DNA from: Nitrospinales bacterium
Lineage (GTDB): Bacteria > Nitrospinota > Nitrospinia > Nitrospinales > VA-1
DNA length: 64,000 bases
Assembly (NCBI GenBank): GCA_965223795.1
Contig: CBDCXL010000002.1
Coordinates: forward strand, 736,001 to 800,000
Direction of reading: 5' to 3'
Within the stretch, counting starts at the first letter, position 1; the number at the start of each line of letters is the position of its first letter. Both the position numbers and the translations under genes were made by a program. Positions 12,937 through 22,058 of the stretch are shown piece by piece. Below the pieces are notes generated by a model. That model was not told the DNA's origin. It searched no databases and saw only the letters and a list, made by a program, of their open reading frames with translations.

Positions 12937-13506
12937 ATGACTCAGAATTTCACCGAACTCGCGTTCACCGATGGTGTCAAAGCGCAGCAGGAAAAATACG
13001 GCACACGGCCCTCATATGCAAAAATGGAGACGGCCGGGGACTTCCGCAACCGGCTGACCTGGCAGGAGAAAGGTTACATCGAGGGCCGGGACGGATTTTA
13101 CCTGGCCTCGGCCGGGGAAAACAGCTGGCCTTACATGCAGTTTCGCGGCGGCCCCAAAGGGTTTCTCAAAGTGCTGGACGAACGCACGCTGGCCTACGCC
13201 GATTTTCGCGGCAACGGGCAATACATCAGCACGGGGAATCTGCTCGACAACAACAAGACGGTGCTGTTCCTCATGGATTACGCCGGGCAAAAACGGCTCA
13301 AGGTCTGGGCGGAAGCGAAGATCCTGGACGCCGCGGAGAATCCTAAGCTGCTGCAACAGGTCGTCGATCCGCAGTACGACGCGAAGGCCGAGCGTATCGT
13401 CGTGCTCAAGGTGCAGGCGTTCGACTGGAACTGCCCGCAGCACATCACGCCGCGGTTTACGCAAGAAGAAGTGGAAAAGCGGCGGGTCGAACAGATACAC
13501 TCTTAA
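12937..13506 (+). CDS. pyridoxamine 5'-phosphate oxidase-like FMN-binding protein
   Basis: WPYMQFRGGPKGF; DFRGNGQYIS.GN; DWNCPQHIT. Confidence 0.88.
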   Translation: MTQNFTELAFTDGVKAQQEKYGTRPSYAKMETAGDFRNRLTWQEKGYIEGRDGFYLASAGENSWPYMQFRGGPKGFLKVLDERTLAYADFRGNGQYISTGNLLDNNKTVLFLMDYAGQKRLKVWAEAKILDAAENPKLLQQVVDPQYDAKAERIVVLKVQAFDWNCPQHITPRFTQEEVEKRRVEQIHS

Positions 13507-13556
13507 AGCGACAACACCTTCATGCACGCATCCAGCCGATTCAGGGATCCATCGCC

Positions 13557-13970
13557 ATGATCGTCATCCGAAAAATCGACCACATCGTGCTGCGCACCGA
13601 AAACCCGGACGATTTGATCGCCTTCTACCGCGATGTGCTGGGCTGCGCGGTCGAACGGCAACTGGGTAAAGAAGTGGGCCTCACGCAGCTTCGTGCCGGT
13701 GAGTGCCTGATCGACATCGTCGACGTCAAAAGCGAACTCGGCAGGACGGGCGGCGGCGCACCGACTTCAGGCGCAAACAATCTGGATCATTTCTGCCTGC
13801 AGGTGGAGCCGTTCGACGAAGCGGCGCTGATCCGTTATTTACAGGAGAAACAGATCGCAACGACGGAGTTTGTGACGCGCTACGGCGCCCAGGGCAATGG
13901 CCGCTCTATCTATATTGAGGATCCGGACGGCAACACGGTCGAGCTGCGCGCCGCAAAGTCCGGCGGCTGA
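13557..13970 (+). CDS. VOC/glyoxalase family protein
   Basis: IDHIVL; FY.DVLG; LDHFCL; YIEDPDGNTVEL. Confidence 0.9.
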   Translation: MIVIRKIDHIVLRTENPDDLIAFYRDVLGCAVERQLGKEVGLTQLRAGECLIDIVDVKSELGRTGGGAPTSGANNLDHFCLQVEPFDEAALIRYLQEKQIATTEFVTRYGAQGNGRSIYIEDPDGNTVELRAAKSGG

Positions 13971-14088
13971 ACCGCGTTTTGATGCTGCGGATTCTCATCC
14001 GCGGCGATTCAAGCTTCTCTGAAAAGAAGACGATCAATCAGTAGACGAATTTTTTAGCGGCAAGAGCAGCACAACCCGCGGATACAGC

Positions 14089-14892
14089 ATGAAGAACAGT
14101 CCGGAATACGAGCAGACACGGGTCGAGTTTGAAGAGGAATGGTCGCGCAGCGACATCGAAGACCTGCTGAAGACCAACGATTACCCGCGCGCCCGGCAGG
14201 AGCGGGATCTTTACGAATCCTTTCTGCCCAGGGGTGAACTCATACTGGAAGCGGGCTGCGGCCTGGGTCCGAAAGTCCTCTACTTCCGCGAACAGGGCCA
14301 CCGGATCGTGGGGCTGGATTTTGTTTTCTCCGCGTTGAACCGGCTCAAGCGTTTTCGCGCGGACCTGCCTCTCGCCTGCGCCGATGTGCATCATTGCCCT
14401 TTTCCGGACAACACATTCGGGGCCTACCTTTCCTACGGCGTGGTCGAGCATTTTCCGGACGGTCCGGAGGAAGCGATCCGGGAAGCCCGCCGCATCCTGA
14501 AACCGGGCGGCGTCCTTTTGATGATGGTTCCGGCGGACAATGTTTTGAGCCGGTTCATTCATGATCCTGATAATGTCCTCAACCGGCTGCGTAAGAATCC
14601 CTGGATTCGCCGCATCGCAGGAAAACCCGGCATTGGCGGCGCGCACGATCACGATTTATACATGAAGCTGCACAGCAAACAGGAAGTGCGCCAAATTTTA
14701 GCGGCCGCTGATTTCCAAATTGAAGTTGAGGCGCCGGTGTCTCACAGTTTTTCACTGTTCATGCTTTGCGAGTGCTTTCAAAAAGACGCCCTGGGTCAGA
14801 CCACCCGAACGGCAGAACGCATCGCCGCCATTCTGAAAAAAATCGCCCCCTGGGGCACGGCCAATCACCTGCTCTTCGTTGCCAGGAAATAA
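14089..14892 (+). CDS. class I SAM-dependent methyltransferase
   Basis: ILEAGCGLG; GVVEHF; RILKPGG. Confidence 0.88.
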   Translation: MKNSPEYEQTRVEFEEEWSRSDIEDLLKTNDYPRARQERDLYESFLPRGELILEAGCGLGPKVLYFREQGHRIVGLDFVFSALNRLKRFRADLPLACADVHHCPFPDNTFGAYLSYGVVEHFPDGPEEAIREARRILKPGGVLLMMVPADNVLSRFIHDPDNVLNRLRKNPWIRRIAGKPGIGGAHDHDLYMKLHSKQEVRQILAAADFQIEVEAPVSHSFSLFMLCECFQKDALGQTTRTAERIAAILKKIAPWGTANHLLFVARK

Positions 14893-14900
14893 AAATAGTT

Positions 14901-15632
14901 CTACATCGCAGCCACCGCTTGCCGCCCCCTCTCCCAGAGCCGCCACGCCACAGCCAGGTTGATCAGCACGAGCAGGGGTACGCCCATCATGGACGCGACC
15001 GACATGGGATAGGTGAGCACGGCGAGGGAATCCGGAGTGCCGGTGAACACCTGCAGCGGGCCGGGCATGCCGAGCTGCAGCATGATGGGCGCCGCGGGCA
15101 CGATGACCCCAAAACCGATCGCGTTCCAGATCAGGAAGCCTCGCTGGCTGAGTTCCCCCCGCCGGGCTTTGACCGCGATAAAGATCGCGGAGATGCCGAA
15201 CAGCAGATCGGGAATGCCCACGGCGATTTCAAAAGCGAGGGGAAACTGCCCGGTAAAGGTTTTGTATGTGGTGCCGAGCGCCGCCAGCCGGATGGCGTGA
15301 AACCAGGCGAACACATGCCAGGGCGTGTCGTCCACGATGCGGCGGATGCCGCTGCGAACACGGCCGAACAGGATCACCGGGGCCGCGATCGCGGTGACGG
15401 GGATCAGCTGCAGCCAAAATCCCGGCAGCCAGGGAAGCAGATTTTCGGAAACGTACATCCCCCGCGATCCGGCCCAGACACTCACAAAACCACAAAACAC
15501 AATCCACAGGAAATAAGCATAGACGGGCCGCACCGCCTCCGAGACCCGATCGCGCCGGCCGCTGCGCCACGCGACGGCAAACAGAAACGTCCATTCCAAC
15601 GCCAGCAGTAAAAAAGTTGAGGAAAATTTCAT
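14901..15632 (-). CDS. multi-pass membrane hypothetical protein
   Basis: about 7 hydrophobic segments; RBS GGAGG. Confidence 0.75.
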   Translation of the reverse strand: MKFSSTFLLLALEWTFLFAVAWRSGRRDRVSEAVRPVYAYFLWIVFCGFVSVWAGSRGMYVSENLLPWLPGFWLQLIPVTAIAAPVILFGRVRSGIRRIVDDTPWHVFAWFHAIRLAALGTTYKTFTGQFPLAFEIAVGIPDLLFGISAIFIAVKARRGELSQRGFLIWNAIGFGVIVPAAPIMLQLGMPGPLQVFTGTPDSLAVLTYPMSVASMMGVPLLVLINLAVAWRLWERGRQAVAAM

Positions 15633-15680
15633 GACCGCCCTCCCCTCAGACAGAATGCGTTTTCAATTCCACTCATTTAA

Positions 15681-15714
15681 GTGCATATGCACACATTAGG
15701 AGCATATACACCTA
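15681..15714. promoter_or_regulatory. tandem palindromic operator-like sites
   Basis: GTGCATATGCAC (perfect palindrome) and GAGCATATACAC within TAGG..CCTA. Confidence 0.45.
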
Positions 15715-15959
15715 TATTCAAAAAAACAAGGCTTTTTTTGTTGTCAATATTCAGCAAAAATTTTTTACGAAACGATTCCGCCATGTTGCAGAGGAAGCAA
15801 ACCAGCCGGGCTGACGTTTTTAAAATGGCGGGAACCGGACTGCGAAGACGACTGCGCCGGAGCGCATTCTCCGGTTGCGATTTCAAAAACCGCACCTATC
15901 TTTTAATTAGGAATTGCGACGTCCCACACTTCATCGACAACCCATCTTGAGGCTCCCTC

Positions 15960-16343
15960 ATGGAACTCGCACTCGTTGTGGAAAAGATCGTCGGCTACCT
16001 GTATTTCATTCTCGGCTGGTCGTTGCTGCTGCAGAAACGCTTCTGGATACAGCTCGTCCGGAATTTCGACCGCCAGTCCCTGTCGCTGCCGTTTTCGGCT
16101 CTGACCGGGCTCATCATCGGTCTCACGGTGGTGACGGTGCACAATATCTGGACGGCGGACCCGTCCGTGCTCGTCACGCTCATCGGCTGGATCGCGGTGT
16201 TGAAATCGACGCTGTTTCTGCTGGCGCCGGATGCCATGCTCGGATGGATCCCCGGCGAGCGCGCCGTCGCGAATTACTGCACGTTCGGCGGCGGTGCGGC
16301 GATCCTGCTTTCTTCCTGCATCCTGTACGGCGCGTATTACTGA
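15960..16343 (+). CDS. small membrane protein (about 4 TM)
   Basis: hydrophobic throughout; HNIW...LIGW motif. Confidence 0.75.
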   Translation: MELALVVEKIVGYLYFILGWSLLLQKRFWIQLVRNFDRQSLSLPFSALTGLIIGLTVVTVHNIWTADPSVLVTLIGWIAVLKSTLFLLAPDAMLGWIPGERAVANYCTFGGGAAILLSSCILYGAYY

Positions 16344-16351
16344 ACGCCGGT

Positions 16352-16672
16352 TCAGGACGCCGCTTTCGCCAGCTTGTGCGGGTTGCGGTTGGGGCAGGTC
16401 TTGTCGCTGCAGCGGTCGGGGATGGTCTTGGTGCCTTCCACCATGAGCGCGCCGCATTTCTTCCCGCTCTTGCGGACGTGACCGCATTTTTTCCCGGTGG
16501 GTTTTGTCTCCGTGTAGAATTTGCACCTGGGTTTGGTGTCGGCGTCGCATTTCCAGATGACGCCGAAGCGCCCGCGTCCCGGCGCGAGCACGCCTTTTTT
16601 GCAGACCGGGCATTTTATGTCGCTGGGTTTCAGCTCGCCGCTCTCGATGGGACAAGCGTATTCTTTCGCCAT
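16352..16672 (-). CDS. stand-alone topoisomerase-type C4 zinc-ribbon protein
   Basis: CPVC...GRFG.IW.C...RCKF; second C..CG.LM...CS...C ribbon. Confidence 0.7.
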   Translation of the reverse strand: MAKEYACPIESGELKPSDIKCPVCKKGVLAPGRGRFGVIWKCDADTKPRCKFYTETKPTGKKCGHVRKSGKKCGALMVEGTKTIPDRCSDKTCPNRNPHKLAKAAS

Positions 16673-16851
16673 GACGTCTCCCGCGGTTTCATTCTGCCGG
16701 GCGCATTTCGGTCTCGGCCCATAGGCCGTATCGGAGCGCGGATGCCCGGGCAAGGAAATTTGATTTTGCTTTCGGATTAGTGCTAAATAGGGAGTCCGCT
16801 CCCGGAGTCCACGCTATCGCGTCCCCTGTTTTTTGATGAGGAGATTGTATC

Positions 16852-17265
16852 ATGGCGGAGCCGCACCGCAGGCGTTTCTCACTCGACGAGGTGAAGATCG
16901 ATCCGCGCCTCAAAAACCGAATCCTGTCCGCCGACGGCGATGAAGAAGTCGGGGCCTGGGACGGCGAGAAGATCGAGGATCTGGTGACGGAGCTGGACCG
17001 CATCGAGGAACGGGTCGATGCGAATTACGCCGGGCTGCCGCACAACGAAAACATCCCCGAGGATCTGCGCGATCAGGTGGAGAAGGACCTCCCCATCTGG
17101 GCCTGCGACAAGGCGGGGAACTGCCTGGTGGGCGAAGGCGCGACCAAAATCCGCAGCGTCGAGCAGATCCGCGCACACTACGATAAGAAATACGGCGGCG
17201 TCGACAAGTTCAAGGAGAAGCTGCGTAAGGAACGCGAGGCGCTGATCGCGCGGTTGAAGCAGTGA
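16852..17265 (+). CDS. hypothetical protein
   Basis: RBS GAGGAG; genome-typical codon usage. Confidence 0.8.
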   Translation: MAEPHRRRFSLDEVKIDPRLKNRILSADGDEEVGAWDGEKIEDLVTELDRIEERVDANYAGLPHNENIPEDLRDQVEKDLPIWACDKAGNCLVGEGATKIRSVEQIRAHYDKKYGGVDKFKEKLRKEREALIARLKQ

Positions 17266-17309
17266 CCGGGCGTTTTTATCGCAGCGTTTCTCCATCCCAG
17301 ACTGAATTC

Positions 17310-17384
17310 GGGCGCGTAACTCAGTGGTAGAGTGCTGCCCTCACATGGCAGAAGTCACAGGTTCGAACCCTGTCGCGCCCACCA
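17310..17384 (+). tRNA. tRNA-Val(CAC)
   Basis: GGGCGCG/CGCGCCC acceptor; CTGCC-CT-CAC-AT-GGCAG anticodon arm; GGTTCGAACCC; CCA. Confidence 0.95.
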
Positions 17385-17726
17385 CTCGCCGTGGAGGCGG
17401 CTTGCTGACGACGCGCTGGATTCTCTGAGTTTGTGCCGTACGTTTGCTCCGGGCCTCTCCTCCTTCGCGGAGGGCGGGTTTGCTCACGTCGCGCGTTGCC
17501 CACTGTGTATAAGGGCGCAGTCTTAGGCCCCGTCCCCACTCCTTCGCGCAGGGCGAACCTGCTCACGTCGCGCGTTGCCCACTGTATAAGGGCGCAGTCT
17601 TAGGCCCCGTCCCCACTCTTTCGCGCAGGGCGAACCTGCTCACGTCGCGCGTTGCCCACTGTGTATAAGGGCGCAGTCTTAGGCCCCATCCCCTCTCCTT
17701 CGTGCAGGACGGATTTTCTCACGTCC
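17385..17726 (+). repeat. tandem array of 77-79 bp units behind tRNA-Val (3 near-identical, 2 degenerate)
   Basis: TCCTTCGCGCAGGGCGAACCTGCTCACGTCGCGCGTTGCCCACTG(TG)TATAAGGGCGCAGTCTTAGGCCCCGTCCCCAC units at about 17461, 17540, 17617; partial at 17696; degenerate at 17385. Confidence 0.92.
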
Positions 17727-18013
17727 CGCTCCCTGCCCGGTTTCACGCTGGATTCCCCGCCGGTTCATCATCCCTGTCCAACCCGTGGTTCCGCTTCCGC
17801 CTGAACGGGCGTCCCGGCTCAACAACCCCTCCCAGCCCGAATTGCCCACCTAAATAATTGATTTATTTATACTTATATTTTTTTCACCGGCCGGCTTGAC
17901 AGCGGGGATTGCGGATTTTATCTACTAACCAGAAAACAATGACCCGGGCATCGAGAAAAAGGCATCCCGAAAAATTCCATTTTCCAGATATCCGTTTAAA
18001 GGAGGGTTAAGCT

Positions 18014-18442
18014 ATGAAACTGGTCATGCACAATCCCGCTCGAAACTTTTTCGATTCGGACCCGTATCTCAATCAACTGCGTGGGGACCTGTTCCCGGCG
18101 CTCGCCCATAAAAAGACGGCCTGGCCGAAGGTCAACATCGTCGAGACGGACAATGAGTACACGCTGATGGCGGAAGTCCCCGGTATGACGGAAAAAGACA
18201 TCGACATCGAAATGAAGGACGGCATCCTGTCCCTCAGAGGCAAGAAAGCCCTGGCGCAAACCGAAGGCACGGTTCACGTTCAGGAAATCGGCAGCTGGGA
18301 TTTCGACCGCGATTTCCGGCTCGGTGAACAGGTCGATGCGGAAAAAGTGACCGCCCGGCTGGAGCACGGTGTGCTGTACATCTCCCTGGGCAAGAAAGAA
18401 AAAGCCAAGCCGAAAAAGGTCGAGATCAATATCGCGTCCTGA
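18014..18442 (+). CDS. Hsp20/alpha-crystallin small heat-shock protein
   Basis: P.VNI.ET...AEVPG...F.R.F.L...A.LEHGVLYI; TTGACA promoter at 17896. Confidence 0.92.
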   Translation: MKLVMHNPARNFFDSDPYLNQLRGDLFPALAHKKTAWPKVNIVETDNEYTLMAEVPGMTEKDIDIEMKDGILSLRGKKALAQTEGTVHVQEIGSWDFDRDFRLGEQVDAEKVTARLEHGVLYISLGKKEKAKPKKVEINIAS

Positions 18443-18459
18443 TTCGGGATTTTTCAGGA

Positions 18460-18498
18460 AAGAGCCGGTTCCCCTCCAGGGAGCCGGCTTTTATTTTT
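18460..18498 (+). terminator. intrinsic terminator
   Basis: GAGCCGGTTCCC...GGGAGCCGGCTTTT. Confidence 0.7.
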
Positions 18499-18742
18499 CC
18501 GCCTGCTCCTGTACAAAACCCCTTCCGAGTTTTCCGGCGTCCCTGTCCCGTGGGCGGATATTTTTTTCAAATGACGTGCGTTTTTTTAACTCTTGCGTTA
18601 AATTTTTTGGAATTTTAGGATATATTAATAGTGGGCGTGCCGGAAATCCGCTCCCACCTTCGATACTCAGTTATTGCCAGATCTGCAGCGTTGCGGCACG
18701 TGTGCAATTATTTTCAGTATTTTATCTCTTGGAAGGCAAATA

Positions 18743-19093
18743 ATGAAATCGCTAGCGTCGATCAGTGAAAAAGACATTGAAACCATAAAGATGGCTCTCA
18801 ACGATTCCATTTCGGACATGAACACCGAATTGAAGGGGAATCTTTCCGATAAGAAACGGGACCTGCTTTTCGATTACAAATTGAAATACACGCGCGTCTT
18901 CGAAAAGCTGAAGCAGAACCCCTCTCTCTACGCGTTGAGCGAATCGGATCTGGATATCGTTGCGGGAGGTTTGAACGACGCGATCGATCTGATCGATGAG
19001 AACATGACGGAGGATATGGGCGACGAGGACCGGGAGGAATTCATGACCTACAAGAACGACTGCAGCCGGCTTGTGGACATCCTGTCCAATTGA
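18743..19093 (+). CDS. hypothetical helical protein with two internal repeats
   Basis: ISEKDIETIKMALND vs LSESDLDIVAGGLND. Confidence 0.75.
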   Translation: MKSLASISEKDIETIKMALNDSISDMNTELKGNLSDKKRDLLFDYKLKYTRVFEKLKQNPSLYALSESDLDIVAGGLNDAIDLIDENMTEDMGDEDREEFMTYKNDCSRLVDILSN

Positions 19094-19135
19094 TCCTGAA
19101 TCCGCGCGGACTTGAAAGCCGGACGCGCGGAACCC

Positions 19136-19351
19136 TCATCTGAGAAAATTCACGTAGTAGCCGTAGTAGAACATCCAGCCGGTGATTCCCACTCCGGCGA
19201 GCATGCACAAAACCCACCCTTTCTTGCTGTCCTTTTTCATATTCTCCCTGTCTTCATACATGATCGCGGAATGGATCAGCATCCCCATGAAATACGAGAT
19301 GCCCAGAAACGACAGGATCAATATAAAGAACATGAATGGCGAGAATTCCAT
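19136..19351 (-). CDS. small 2-TM membrane protein
   Basis: MEFSPFMFFILILSFLGISYF...GWVLCMLAGVGITGWMFYYG. Confidence 0.7.
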   Translation of the reverse strand: MEFSPFMFFILILSFLGISYFMGMLIHSAIMYEDRENMKKDSKKGWVLCMLAGVGITGWMFYYGYYVNFLR

Positions 19352-19359
19352 GTCCGGTC

Positions 19360-19572
19360 TCATCCCAACACAAACCCCGACTGAGCGATTCCCAAATATT
19401 CCATAAGTTCCGCGAACCCGAAAACCAGGGCGAACACCAGGATCACTGAAATCAGCACCTGCACCAGCACTTTGAAAATCTCCGGGGCGGTGCGCTTCTG
19501 TTTCCACACGCTGATCCCCGCGGTGATGGCCAGGACCAGAAGCGCTGTCATGATGTAGTAACGCGGCGACAT
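19360..19572 (-). CDS. small 2-TM membrane protein
   Basis: MSPRYYIMTALLVLAITAGISVW... Confidence 0.7.
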   Translation of the reverse strand: MSPRYYIMTALLVLAITAGISVWKQKRTAPEIFKVLVQVLISVILVFALVFGFAELMEYLGIAQSGFVLG

Positions 19573-19676
19573 GGATCGATTGTAGCAGGATTTTGCTCCG
19601 CGGAGAACTCCCTCTTCCGGGCCGCGGAAGCCCGGGCAGGCGCGCGGGTTTCGCAGCATTTTCTGACAGGGAGGAG

Positions 19677-21104
19677 TCAGGGGACGTTTTCAACGCGGAT
19701 GACGTTGGTCCACTGCGGGATGCCGACGGGCACACCGGAAGCGATGACCAGCCGGTCGTTTTTTTTCACCAGCCGTTTTTTCTTCAACATGGCGAACAAC
19801 CCCACCACATCGCCGAGATAGTCGTCGGTGGATTTGGTGAGGAAAGGAACCGCGCCGCGCAACAGGGTGAGCCTGCGCGCCCGGTCCAAGCTTGCGGTGA
19901 ACGCGAACACCGGCACCATCGGGTGCGGCGCGGTGATCATCCGGGCGGTGCCGCCGGTCAGCGTGAACACCAGGATGGCGCTGGCGTTCAGAAGCTCCAC
20001 CATGCGGTTGGCGGAGTAGGACACGCCCAGCGGAATGGACGGGTCTTCTTTCTGAAAATACCAGCTCCAGGGCGGGATGTGCTGGGTCTCCTTCTGGTGG
20101 GCTTCGGTCTTGAGCGCGGTTTCGTGCATCATCTGCACGGCGGCTTTCGGGTGCTTGCCCACCGCCGTTTCCGCCGAGAGCATGATGGCGTCGGCGCAGT
20201 CCATGACGGAGTTGGCGATGTCCGACACTTCCGCGCGCGTGGGGCGGGCGTTTTCGATCATGGATTCGAGCATCTGCGTCGCCACGATGACGGGTTTGGA
20301 CTGGTGCGTGCACTCTTCCAGAATGCGCTGCTGCACCACCGGGACTTCGGCGATGGGGATTTCGATCCCCAGATCCCCGCGGGCGACCATCACCGCGTCG
20401 GCTTCCTTGACGATCTCCTGCAGACGGGCCACCGCCTGCTTGCGCTCGATCTTGGCGATGATGTCCGCGTCGCCGCCGCCGGCCTTGATCAACCGGCGCA
20501 GCTGGCGGATGTCCCTGGCCGACCCTGCGAACGAAAGCGCGACGAAATCCACCCCCACTTTCAGGCCGAATTTGAGATCCTCCTTGTCCTTGCGTGTGAG
20601 CGCGCTGACCTGGATGGCGGTGTCGGGCAGGTTGACCCCCTTATGGTCGGACAGGATGCCGCCGTGGCGCACTTCCACGTGCACGCGTGTGCCGGAGACC
20701 TTCCTGACCTGGACGGAGATGTTGCCGTCGTCCATGAACACCATGTCGCCTTTGCGCACTTCCTGGTGAAACCGGGCGTACTGCACGGGAATCCGCGAAT
20801 CGCCGCCGGTTTTTTTCTCGGTGGTCATCACCAGCTTCTGGCCTTTGTGCAGGTGGATGGAGCCGCCTTCGAATTTGCCGACACGGATCTTGGGACCCTG
20901 CAGATCGAGCAGCACGCCCACGTAACGCCCGAGCTCGTGCTCCACTTCGCGGATCCACCGGATCCACTGCTCGACCTGTTCGTGCTTGCCGTGCGAGAGG
21001 TTGATGCGAAACAGGTCCACGCCGGACTGCACGAGGCTTTTGATGCGGCCTTTCGTGCCGCTGGCGGGACCCAGGGTGGCGATGATTTTGGTGAGGCGGA
21101 CCAT
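19677..21104 (-). CDS. pyk: pyruvate kinase
   Basis: TKIIATLGPAS; DLQGPKIR; IIAKIE; MVARGDLG; ATQMLESM; PTRAEVSD. Confidence 0.97.
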   Translation of the reverse strand: MVRLTKIIATLGPASGTKGRIKSLVQSGVDLFRINLSHGKHEQVEQWIRWIREVEHELGRYVGVLLDLQGPKIRVGKFEGGSIHLHKGQKLVMTTEKKTGGDSRIPVQYARFHQEVRKGDMVFMDDGNISVQVRKVSGTRVHVEVRHGGILSDHKGVNLPDTAIQVSALTRKDKEDLKFGLKVGVDFVALSFAGSARDIRQLRRLIKAGGGDADIIAKIERKQAVARLQEIVKEADAVMVARGDLGIEIPIAEVPVVQQRILEECTHQSKPVIVATQMLESMIENARPTRAEVSDIANSVMDCADAIMLSAETAVGKHPKAAVQMMHETALKTEAHQKETQHIPPWSWYFQKEDPSIPLGVSYSANRMVELLNASAILVFTLTGGTARMITAPHPMVPVFAFTASLDRARRLTLLRGAVPFLTKSTDDYLGDVVGLFAMLKKKRLVKKNDRLVIASGVPVGIPQWTNVIRVENVP

Positions 21105-21170
21105 GGCGCTTTCCTTGGGAAAAGGGAGTAGCAGGAAACCGGGAGTGGATAGGTGCGAAACGAAACCGGT

Positions 21171-21959
21171 TCAGGGAATTTTTCGAAACGGGATCATCAA
21201 TAGATCCAGGAACCCCACTTCGCTCGGCTTGCGGAACGAGGGGACGCCGATGTCGATTTCGGGCTGCGGCTTTTTCGCGTCGTGGATGTAGGTGCCCAGC
21301 ATGCGGTCCCAGATCGAGAGGTTGAACCCGTAGTTGGAATTGGTTTCCTTCATCTCGACGGAATGGTGGATGCGGTGCATGTCCGGCGTCACGATCAGCC
21401 AGCGCAGGACGCGGTCCAGCCCCACAGGCAATTTGATGTTGGAATGGGAGAACATGGCCATCCCGTTCAGGATCGCCTCGAACACCAGCACCGCCAGCGG
21501 CGCGGGGCCCAGGGCGAAGATCAGACCGACCTTGAACAGCATCGATCCCAGGATCTCGACGGGATGGAAGCGCAGCCCGGAGGACACGTCGAGATCCAGG
21601 TCGGAATGGTGCACGATGTGGAACCGCCAGAAAAACGGGATCATGTGCACCACGACGTGCTGAATGTAGATCATCAGATCGAGAAACACAACCGCGATCA
21701 CCCCTTCAACCAGGGGAGGCAGCTCCCAGTAGTTCAGCACGCCCCAGCCGCGTTCGGCGGCGAAATGGGCGGCGCCCACGGCGGCGGCGCCGAACACGAG
21801 ACGCACCAGGACGATGTCGAGCCCGGTGATGCCGAGGTTGATGCCCAGCCGGCGCGGCTTGGAATCGACCCGCGGGTGGCGCGGAGCCAGCTGCTCGATG
21901 AGGAGCATCAGGACGAACACGCCGATGAAGATGGTGAAACGGATCTGATTGACGTCCAT
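21171..21959 (-). CDS. sterol desaturase / fatty acid hydroxylase family protein
   Basis: His boxes H...H, HIVHH, HSN, HRIHH; NYG. Confidence 0.9.
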   Translation of the reverse strand: MDVNQIRFTIFIGVFVLMLLIEQLAPRHPRVDSKPRRLGINLGITGLDIVLVRLVFGAAAVGAAHFAAERGWGVLNYWELPPLVEGVIAVVFLDLMIYIQHVVVHMIPFFWRFHIVHHSDLDLDVSSGLRFHPVEILGSMLFKVGLIFALGPAPLAVLVFEAILNGMAMFSHSNIKLPVGLDRVLRWLIVTPDMHRIHHSVEMKETNSNYGFNLSIWDRMLGTYIHDAKKPQPEIDIGVPSFRKPSEVGFLDLLMIPFRKIP

Positions 21960-22058
21960 AAAAAATTACGTATCCGGGCAAGTTTCGTTTTTACGCCGCC
22001 GCGCGTCCGGACGGCCTTTTGTTTGGATGCCCGCGCAACCGTTCCGGATTGAAAACGT

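Noticed and set aside
17461..17726. CRISPR array
   Set aside because: The 'spacers' are near-identical to each other, the repeats are degenerate, and no cas genes are present
17860..18010. CIRCE or ROSE element before hsp20
   Set aside because: No TTAGCACTC inverted repeat or clear ROSE motif seen
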